Assembly (NCBI GenBank): GCA_943704425.1
Contig: CALSCP010002431.1
Location: 124,001 to 188,000, forward strand
Source: Ministeria vibrans ATCC 50519
Taxonomy: Eukaryota > Protista > Filasterea
Direction: 5' to 3'
Length of the DNA stretch: 64,000 nucleotides
The first letter of the stretch is position 1, and each line of letters opens with the position of its first letter. Shown here piece after piece: positions 36,716-47,393 of this stretch. The notes under the pieces were generated by a model, which worked only from the letters and a program-made list of their open reading frames with translations, did no database searches and was not told the origin of the DNA. The translations under genes were made by a program, and so were the position numbers.

Positions 36716-39700
36716 ATGTCGCGCAGGAGGATAAAAGCTGTCCAGAAAGAGGACCCTTGTAAGAGTGGGGGGAGTCGGTGAATCCAGGAAGAGACTGATC
36801 TTCTTTTTTAAATTCGTTCACTCTCACATCCTCAGACGACGAATACGGACGAAGCTACGACGAGGACGCTGCCATGTCTCCCAGCTCACGTAGGGTGTCT
36901 CTTTCTCTCCCTCTTTCCCTCCTTCCGTTGACGCAACAACATATCTGTTGCATAACGTCACACACACAACACAAAAGAGAGAGAGAGAGAAAAAAAAACG
37001 ACGACTCCGTTTGACTCTGTTTCCTTCTCCAGACGCCTTCATGTGGAACGGCGGCGATCATTTTGATGACCATTCCATGGCCTCCTACCTCCCTGGCGGA
37101 GACGGAGGCGTGGCAGAGCCGGGAAATGGCGATGGAGACGACGAGGAGGCGGACGACGACTTTGGTCGTGACGCAGATCCGGCGGCAGACTACACGCGAC
37201 CCAAACTCAGCGACGAAGACCTCGCGTGCCTTCTGAGCGCCGTAGAGAACATTGAATCATGCATTCCGGCGATGTATCCGTCGCGCGTCGTTGAAATGAC
37301 TGTTCTTCGCTTCAACTTTGACAGTGAGGCGGCGCTCAACGCTCTCATCGAACACGACGTTCGGCCGTACGCCCCGCCACAGCCGACCCCCGCGCCAGTC
37401 CAAGTAGTACCTACTACTCGTAAGGAACAGAATCGACCTAAAGAGCCACTCAAAATCACTACTGCACGTAAGCAAAAGAACAAAAGAGAGGGAGAGCGCC
37501 GAGAGCGAGAGAGAGAGCGGACGCCGTTTTTTTTCTTGGTGATATTCTTCTTGAGGGTACTGTCCTCTTATACCTTTTCTTGATGTGCCCTTCCCCCCTT
37601 CCCTCTTTCCCCCCATCACCCATTTGCTAAAGGTGGAGGGGTGAGTGGAGAAGGAGCAATCACGCCAGACTCGTCGTTTGGCTATGGTGTTGCATGTCTT
37701 CTCGATGATGATGATGATGGCGACAACGACGGCACGAGTGGCAACATCACAATCGGCATCAACTCTACTGGTGCTATGCAAGCATTTCCTCCTGGGCTAT
37801 CTCTAAGGCCTCAACCACAACCGCAACTACAAGAGCAGCAGCCGTTGGGTGTTGCGTCGCCCAGCGTCACTGCTGCGCCACCTCTTGTCGCACTCAGTGT
37901 TGCTGCTGCACCATCGTTGAGTTTTGTTCCGTCTCTGGTTGCTGCGCCTTCACTGACGAGTGCGCCTTCACTGACGAGTGCGCCTTCACTGACGAGTGCG
38001 CCTTCACTGACGAGTGCGCCTTCACTGACGAGTGCGCCTTCACTGACGAGTGCGCCTTCACTAACGGCTGCGCCTTCGCTCACCGCTGCGCCTTCGCTCA
38101 CCGCTGCGCCTTCACTCACCACCGCTGCGCCTTTGCTTACGGCTGCGCCTTTGCTTACGGCTGCGCCTTCGTTGACGGCGGCGCCTTCGCTTACGACTGC
38201 GCCTTCACTCACCACCGCTGCGCCATTTTTTACGGCTGCTCCATCACTCACTGCTGCACCGTCTCTCATTTCCGCACCTCCACTCAATACTGAATCCTCT
38301 TTCACTACTGTCGCACCACTCGCGACCAACAACGCGGCCTTTTCAAACGCACCCGTCATCTCACCGTCGCTTGACCTCACCCGTGCACCCTCACTCTTTG
38401 CCCAAACGAAGACTCAGCCGCTCTCCAATGCCACCTTACCAACGGCCGCCACTACTATTCCGTCCACCAACAGCACACCCAAGAGCACACCAAGAGCTCA
38501 CCCTCAGCCCTCTTCGTCAAATCGTCTCGCGTCAGTATCCCTTGCTCATCCCTCTCGTCTTGCTCGTTCCCTCGCCAAACAACCTCTTCGAGTTTCACCG
38601 TCACTTGCTCACTCCATTTTTTCCCCCTCCTCTCCGCCTGCTCTCTCCCTCACATCGTCTCTAACCGACGCCCCCTTTGATTTTACCACCCCGTCTCCGG
38701 ACGATCTCATCGCCTCCCGCCAACGCCACGTAGGATCCGTCGCAACAGCAACTTCCTCCACCACCGTCAACGGCGCAGCAACACCTGCGACCGTCACTTC
38801 CGGCACTAAATCTGCTTCACCCATCACTCCGAGCGGCTCTTCCAAGAGTCTCAGTCGAAAGGCATCTGCTGCTGCTGCGGTGGCAGCCGCAGCAGCAGCC
38901 GCAGCCGCAACAACAACATCGCAGTCTACAGTCGCAGACGGTGTTGCCGATGACATGCGCGCCATGGGCTTTGGCACCGAAGCAAACTCATTCCTGTCGC
39001 GCGCCCGTTCCAGCGGCGCAAACACCCCTACCAACGGCACACCGCCCGGTACTCCAGGCACTCCGGGTACTCCCGGTGGGGGAAAAAAATCCAAAGCACT
39101 TCTCAACATCTCAGACGAGTTTACAAAACGTTGCAAAGAAGAGAAGCCCTCGCTCAATCTGGTCGTTGTTGGTACATCACACCTTTTGGATGCACGAACA
39201 CACTCACACACACTTTCACTCATAGGACACGTTGACGCGGGCAAGAGTACTCTGATGGGTCATTTGTTGCACGCCCTGGGCGAAGTAGACCAGCGTGCCA
39301 TGCGCAAGTTTGAACACGAGTCGTCCAAGCAAGGAAAGGGCTCCTTTGCTTATGCGTGGGTCTTGGACGAAACCAGCACTGAGCGAGAGAGGTATGCTTA
39401 TACCGTACAATTGGAAAAAGTGATGAAAGGTGCATTGTTGTTCTCTTAGAGGAATCACTGTTGATGTTGGAATGAAGTTTTTCCAGACGGAACATCGCAA
39501 GATCACTCTGTTGGATGCACCCGGTCATCGTGACTTTATTCCAAACATGATTACAGGCGCAGCGCAGGTATGAAAGTGCGATTTTTCTCTTTCTGTTTCT
39601 TTCTGCTTGTCTCTGTCTTTCTTTCTCTCTCTCTCTGTCTATCTCTTTCTTCTGATTGTCTGTTTGTGTGTGTGTGTGCGTTGCTTAGGCGGATGTGGCC

Positions 39701-40050
39701 ATTCTCGTTGTTGATTCGTCACTGGGCGAGTTTGAAGCGGGCTTCGAGAGCGGCGGACAGACTCGCGAGCATGCTTTGCTCGTGCGCACTTTGGGCGTCA
39801 CTCAATTGATCGTTGCTGTCAATAAGTAAGACAAGTACAACTCACTCTGGTGTATTTATCAACTGTTGTTGTTGTAGACTTGATATGACTCAATGGTCCG
39901 AAGAGCGGTACAAAGAGATCTGTGGCAAACTGCGCCCGTTCCTCAAGCTTGCCGGGTTCCCCAAGGACTCGGTCACATACGTGCCTGTGAGTGGATTCCT
40001 CGGCGAGAATCTTGTAAAGCCACCGCAATGTGAAGGTACAATAATGTCGC

Positions 40051-40121
<71 letters not shown>

Positions 40122-41031
40122 TTTACTTACACACTGATGGATAGAATTGGTGTCGTGGTACAGCGGCCCTACGCTTGTGCATCTCATTGACCAGTTTCAA
40201 CTGCCGGAGCGTATTGTGGATCGACCACTGCGTGTAAGTGTGAGTGATGTGATCACACAGGGCAACGGTGTGCTGGTGACGGGCAAGGTGGAGGCAGGGG
40301 GTGTGCAGGTGGGTGAGACGGTCAAGGTGATGCCTATGGGCGACGAAGGGGCTGTCAAAAGCATTGAGGTTCATCGCTTGCCCGTGCGCTTTGCTGTCGT
40401 TGGCGATGCCGTCACTCTCCACATCTCTCCCATGGATATAGTGCGTGTCAGGTAAACGAACCATGCACACTGTGCAATATAGCTTTTGTCTCCTTATTTT
40501 CTTTTGTGTACTGTTGTTTTTTTTTTTTTTTTTTTNNNNNNNNNNGACTACTTTGCGACGGTCCATCCCAAGGGCCTTTCCCGCTCTGTCCTTGTCCATG
40601 CAGCATTGGCTCTGTTGTATGTGTTCCACACGCTCCTATCCAGCCGGCGCAGATCATTCGTGCGCGTATTGTTGTCTTTGACATTCGCGAACCCATCACT
40701 GTCGGATCACCGGTACACGAAGAAGAGGAGAGAGAGAGAGAGGGAATTGAATCTCACCATTTTGTGTGATTAGGTTGTGTTCCACTTTCAATCGTACAAC
40801 GAAGAAGCAACGATGAAGAAACTGGTGTCGCTGCTGGACAAAACTAACGGGGAAGTGATCCAGAAGCGACCGCGGTGCCTGACCAAAGGGCAGACGGCGC
40901 TAGTGGACATCCAGCTGCCTCACGCCATCTGCGTTGAACCGTATCGCGTATCGCGTGAGCTTGGTCGGTTTATGTTGCGTGCGGGAGGTCGTACTATTGC
41001 GGGTGGCATTGTCGAGTCTATTCGTGATTGA
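36716..41031 (+). CDS. HBS1L: HBS1-like translational GTPase (HBS1/Ski7), multi-exon
   Basis: HBS1 N-terminal region ([12 protein letters not shown]; [12 protein letters not shown]); [86 protein letters not shown]. Confidence 0.94.
37944..38265 (+). repeat. Coding 18-bp minisatellite (GCGCCTTCACTGACGAGT) encoding APSLT[S/A] repeats
   Basis: About 17 tandem units; the first several are identical and later ones diverge; lies inside the long HBS1L exon. Confidence 0.92.
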
Positions 41032-41083
41032 TCCCCCACTTGATAAAATAAACAATACTTCTATTACGACGCCCTTTTTTTTA

Positions 41084-42082
41084 CTACTTCTTTTGCTCGC
41101 CGAGTTGCGATGCGGTGTCCTTTGTGACTGTGATTGTGTGTGCAAGAGCAAAGGGTACAGCTGCGCGTTCCATTTCCATCAAGCCTGCTATTGTACAGCC
41201 TCCTGGTGTAGTCACCTGATCATGAGAGAGAGAAAAGGGAATCAGATTGGTAAGGGAGGCGTTGAAACTTTCGGGTTACTTTATCTTTGAGGGCTGCTGG
41301 ATGGTCGCCTGTCTCGTCGAGGAGACGCGCTGCCCCCTGCATCACTTGTGAGGCAATTTTGGTTGCAAGGGCGCGCCCTAGACCGCACTTGACAGCACCA
41401 TCAGCCAGCGATTGGAGCATGAGAAGGCAGAAGGCGGGTCCGCTGCCTGCCAGTGCCGTCACCGTGTCCATTTGCGACTCGTCGACTGTGGCGACCGACC
41501 CGATGCATGAAAACATACGTTCAACCAGCGAGAGGGTCTCTTTGGAGGCCGAAAGGGGTGCGCTAATGCACGACATGCCGCATTGAATCTGTGCGGGGGT
41601 GTTGGTCATGACACGGATGGGAGTGCACGACTGGGGCACAAGGCCTTGCAAGGCAGGCAGCGTCACGCCCGCAGCAATGCTAATGAGAAGCTTGTCTTCA
41701 AGGGCCGCCTGGACTGCCACTTCCGATAGCACAGAAGCGACCTTCCAAGGTTTCGTTCTGTTTGCGTGTCAGTCAGTGTACAATGTGAAACTGATACTCA
41801 CTTGTTGACTCACGTACGCTAAGATAACCACCGAGCATTGGCCAACAGCGTCCGCTGTGGAGTTAGGAAGCACAGCACGGATACCCAGGCTGCCCTGAAG
41901 TCTGTCTATGCTGGCCTCTGACGCGACAACTGCAATGAAATCGTCGGCAGTCAACATTTTCTCCTACACACACAGTGAGAGTGATTGTAATGATTCGGGA
42001 AATGTACAAAGAATCTCACTTTGAGTAAGCCACTGGCAATGGCATTGCCCATGGTACCGCAACCAAGGAGACAAACTTTCAT
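41084..42082 (-). CDS. PYCR: Pyrroline-5-carboxylate reductase
   Basis: MKVCLLGCGTMG Rossmann motif, LISIAAGV, IRVMTNTP, TALAGSGPAF, HPAALKDKVTTPGGCTIAGL. Confidence 0.95.
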
Positions 42083-42214
42083 GAGTAAAGGTGGATAAAA
42101 AGCGACCGAAGAGAGTGAAGAGACTGTGGACAGACTAAGAAAGATTGATCATTGATATAATTACCAATCAGTGCAATCACCAAATTAAAATTCAATTATA
42201 CATATTTGTTTACA

Positions 42215-43669
42215 ATGGCTGAGGAAGGAAAACTGTTGACAATCGAAAAGGACTACACTGAAGAGTGTGCCGAGAAGATTCCCGTGGCCAAGGGACTCGC
42301 AGCTGTAAGGAAAAAAAAAAGAATCTCTTTTGCGGCCCTCTTTTGGCCATCCACTGGCATCGACGCTCTTCTTCTATACCCCTATACTGATTTCGAGTGT
42401 CGGGCCCTTGGAAAGCCATCCACAATTTCCGCAATGGTGCTTTGTTCAATTTTTTGTTCGTGAAACATTTTCAACTTCTCTCGTTTGCTCACTCGCCTCT
42501 CATACGGCATTTCACGTCGCCCATCTGGCACACGCGTTGCAACGATTCAATGGAAATGCCCTCGTACGAGCGGGACACCGCTCGCGCGCTCGGATGTGTC
42601 ACAAGACGGAATTTGTTGAACGAACGAAGATCGCTCTTTCGACTTTTTGCAACCACTGACACGCTCCTTGTTGTTTGCGGCGGTTTAGAGTGGAAACCTG
42701 ACAGGTGCAATTGAGTCGCTGTCGTTGCTGGAGAGACAGACACGGACGGGACAGGATGTGCACTCCTCTGCCAAAGTTCTTGTTGCCCTTGTCGAGATGT
42801 GCTACGACGCCCAACAGTATGCGATCCTCAACGAGCAGGTATGGCCTTCATGGAGCGGCCACGGACGTAGCGGGCTCCCATAGCCAGCCTCAAACACTAA
42901 ACGGGATATCCTCTGTAGCTCATTTTTCTGTCGAAGCGAAGAGGCGCACAAAAGATGGCCATTACGAAAATGGTGCAGAAAGCAGTCGAGTTTGTCAACG
43001 CAATGGAAGACCTTGACACCAAAGTTTCCCTCATCGAGTGTCTTCGCACGGTGACAGCGGGCAAGGTAGCAGGAAACGAAGCGAGCGAAAGGGCCATACT
43101 GACCAATTTTTGTAAATAGATTTTTGTCGAGGTGGAGCGAGCACGACTGACGCGCACTCTGGCGTCCATCCACGAGGCAGCGGACAAGATCAAGGATGCT
43201 GCAGAGGTTCTTTTGCAGTTGCAGGTCAGTCGTAGTATATTGCATTGTTGGTGTATTTTTCTGATTTTTGTTTTGTTTTCTTCTTTTATGATTGTGCTTG
43301 TCAGGTTGAGACGTTTGGTTCCATGGACATTCGTGAAAAGACGGAGTTTATTGTGGAGCAAATGCGAATGTGTCTTGCTATCAAAGATTTTACTCGTGCA
43401 CAGATTCTCAGCCGGAAAATCTCACCGAAAACATTTGCCAAGGAAGACAATCACGTAAGGACCAACATAAGGAAACGTCGAATTCTTATGGTGATGCGCA
43501 CGAATAGGACTTGAAATTGCGCTATCTGACAATGATGATCGAGCTTGTGCTGTACGATGCGGAGTATCTGAGTGCATGCAAGCATTTCCGCAATGTCTTT
43601 GACACGCCCGCTGTGTTGGCGGACGAGGCACAGTGGAAAGATGTAAGATTTAATTTTAATGCTGTTGCA

Positions 43670-43744
<75 letters not shown>

Positions 43745-44776
43745 TTTCATGTTCATTTTTAGGCTTTGACTAGTGCTACGTACTATCTGTTGCTCTCTCC
43801 TTTTGACAACGAGCAGGTACTATTTTTTTGTTGCTATGACATTCTAGAAGTCACTATTTGAAATGGGGGTGAAAGAATCTGCACCAAAAGCCTTTGGTTT
43901 TTGTTGTTTGATTTGTGTTGGTGACGTCTTAGTGTTGGTACACTTTTTTTTATCGCGTGGTATAGGTTATGCCTTAAACTTGGTGTTGTTTTTGACTTTA
44001 ATTGTTGTGCAAGTTGCAATATAGCAATCGACATAATTCACGCAGTCATGTCAATTTGAAGAAAATAATTTTCTCATCAATTCTTTCCTTTTTTTGTAGT
44101 CTGACCTGACACACCGCATTTTGGACGAGAAGAAACTTGCACAGCTGCCTGAGTGCGTGTCTCTGATCAAGGCGTTTGTGCAGCTTGAACTGTTGCACTG
44201 GGAGCAGATTGAGAGTGAGTTTGGGGCTGTGTTGCGTGCCAGTAGCGTCTTCTCGGCCGACACTGAATTGGGTCAGACACGCTGGGTGGATTTGCGCAAG
44301 CGGGTCATTGAGCACGTAAGAGTGATATAAGAAAAGAGAAGAGAGGAGGAGAAAGAACAAAGTGATAGAGATGAGGGAGAAAGAAACAATGCATCAGTTT
44401 TTACATTCTGTTTTTTTTTGTAGAATATTCGAGTCATTGCACAGTACTACACGCAGATTACGTCGAAGAGACTGGCGAGTCTACTTAATCTTCCCGAAAA
44501 CGTAACAAGAAATATTTTGGTTTATCAATTCATCTCATCACATGTGTGTAGGAGACGGAGGAGTTCTTGTCGAATCTCGTGGTGAAGAAGACAGTGATGG
44601 CACGCATTGACCGACCTGCTGGAGTGGTGAACTTTGTGAAAACACGCACACCGGAAGAGACCCTCAACGAGTGGTCGCACTCAGTGGGGAAGCTGATGGG
44701 GTTGGTGGACAAGACAACGCACTTGATTGCCAAGGAAAAGATGGTGCATGCGGCGGGTGTCGTTGAGGCGAAGTGA
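42215..44776 (+). CDS. PSMD12: 26S proteasome lid subunit Rpn5, multi-exon
   Basis: [91 protein letters not shown]. Confidence 0.96.
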
Positions 44777-44880
44777 GCCACACACGCAAACACAATTGAG
44801 AAAGAGAGGAGGGAGAAAAAGAAACAAAAGTGATATAGAGAGATGGGAGGAGAAGTGAAACAACCCTTTTTCTGTTCTGT

Positions 44881-47302
44881 TCATTTTTTGGGTTTGCGTG
44901 TGGTTTGGACTACAAAATTGACAATTTTTCCTTGGTCTGCGATGATGGTGCGGTGGACGGGGCTTGAGGCAGGCAAGGTGGACTGGATGGACGGGTGGTG
45001 GCGGATGTGATCGGTGAGCGCGGAGTGGTCTGTGAGGAGTGTGCGTGGAAGAGAGAGGGTGGTGATGGGGCGGCCGTGAAGGAGCACTTTAACGTCGAGC
45101 GTGCTGTCCACGAGCACTTGGGGGTCGTAGGAGGGGAAGGGTTGTGTGTGAACATCGAGAGACGAATTACTGTGGAGGACAGTGTAAAGTTCGGCTGCGG
45201 TGTGAGGCGCGTAGGGAGCAAGGCAGCGGAGGAGCACGTCGAGGGTTTCGCTGTAGATTGGTGCATGACGAAGGTGGGCGGGCACGTCGCGAAGGGTGTT
45301 GCTCATGGCCATGAGACGTGCAATGAAGCCGTTGAGGGAAGGCGTGGGTGGACGCGAGTGGCTGTCAAAGGTGAGCATGCACTCGGCGTCGTGGACCAGT
45401 TGGTGACGTTCGCGTGTGAGGGTCACCAAGTGATTGTCGTTGTCGTCGGCCGCGCCGACGGCGTGGGTAGTGGTCGTATGGTCGTGAACAAGCGAGGTGA
45501 TGCGCGCAAGCCAACGTGTCACACCGACCACTTGTGACTCTTCCCACTCAAGCTCGGCCTCGGGCGGGGCCTTGAAGAGCACGTAGAGACGAATGGCGTC
45601 AGCGCCGTAGCGCTCAAGGAGCTCTTGGGGATCGACGCCGTTGAATTTGCTTTTGGACATCTTCTCAAAGGAGACAGAGCACTTGGTGTGGTTGGGGCAG
45701 TCACGCATAACGGGTGTGGTGCCGTCAAGGGGGCTCATGGTGACTTCGTCGGGGCGGAGGAAGCGGTTTGTGGTGGGGTCCTTGAAGGTGCGCCCGAGCA
45801 CCATGCCCTGGGCAAGAAGGCTTTGGAAGGGCTCGGGATGGGGAATGTGGCTTCGGGAGGCGAGGAAACGCGTAATGAAGCGCGCGTAGAGCAGATGAAG
45901 GATGGCGTGTTCGATGCCACCGATGTAGATGTGAACGGGTGTCCAGTTGCACAGAAGATCTGGGAGATGGGTGGGAAATGGCCGGGAGTCGTCGTGCGGC
46001 GAGAGGTAGCGCAGAAAGTACCAAGAACTGTCGACAAACGTGTCCATGGTGTCAGTTTCGCGGCGGGCCGGACGAGCACAGGTGGGGCAGGGGGTGTTGA
46101 CCCAGGCGTCGATGGAGGCGAGTGGCGAGGCACACTCGGAGGAAGCGGGCGTAGAGTCGGGCGAGGCGGAACTCGAAGCAGTGTTGTCGTTGGTAAAGAG
46201 GGACTCGGTGACTTCGTCGCTGGGCAAACACACGGGAAGCTGCTCTTGAGGCACCGGCACTGCACCGCAGTGATCACAGTGCACGATGGGGATGGGGGTG
46301 CCCCAGAGACGCTGACGCGAGACGAGCCAGTCGTGCAGTCGGTGCGGTTCCAAGGCGGACGACCCCTCTGCAGACTCGTCGGGTTCGTCGCGAATCCATT
46401 TGCGCTGCATGACTTTCACATTTTCAGGCCACTGAAGACTGTCGAGATCTCGGTAGAGGTCGTCACTATAGTCGGTGATGCGGAAGAACCACTGTTTTAG
46501 GTTGCGTTGCTCGACAAGGGCGCCTGAGCGCCAGCTCTTGCCCTCGTCGTCAACCTGTTCGTTCGCAAGCACCGTTCGATCGACAGGATCCCAATTGACC
46601 GTCGCCTCTTTCTGGTAGGCGAGGCCAGCTCGATGGAGTTCGGTAAAGAGCCACTGCGTCCATCTGGGCGAAGAGGAAGAGAACAAATCGATCAGAGGCA
46701 ACTTCATGGGGCGCGCGCCGCCGAGCCAGGACGGCCAAAACATCGAAAATGGGAGGAGGGGAGGGAGATGGCTTGTGCTGCATCGTGCGCAGTGCCAGGG
46801 ACGGCGAGGGCGCATTCAGTCGATCGTACTTGTAATAGTCGGGTTTGCATGTCATTACTTCGCGATCCCAGTCAAACGAGATGCCCAAGCGAGTCAACTG
46901 TTGGCGCATAGTAGCAATGTTGCTGTGGGTCCAGCGAGCGGGGGCAATGCCGCGTTGGATGGCGGCGTTTTCGGCGGGAAGTCCAAAGGCGTCCCAGCCC
47001 ATGGGATGGAGCACTTGGAAGCCACGCATGCGCTGGACGCGCGCGATCACGTCGCTGATGGTGTACACACGCACGTGGCCCATGTGGAGTTGCCCCGACG
47101 GGTAAGGGAACATGCTGAGTACGTAGAATTTGGGCTTTGACGAGTCGAGAGGGGTCGGCGGAGTCGCTCGCTCGCTCCAGCGCTGTTGCCACTTGGCCTC
47201 TTGCTGGCGCACCTCATCGCTCACGACAGGAGAAGAGGCAGTGCTGTACTTCAAGGCAGAGCAGTAGCGATGCCTCAGGAGTGAAGTGCGAACACGCAAC
47301 AT
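44881..47302 (-). CDS. LARS2: Leucyl-tRNA synthetase, mitochondrial/bacterial type, lacking the CP1 editing domain
   Basis: Presequence [12 protein letters not shown]; [13 protein letters not shown] (HIGH), [66 protein letters not shown]; intron 46664-46829. Confidence 0.95.
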
Positions 47303-47393
47303 GAAAAGTTTGAATCAAAGTTATCAAAAAAGCATTCACAAATGAGATTATGGAGTAAACACTAATTGAATTTTCACTTTTACTTGATTAAAC

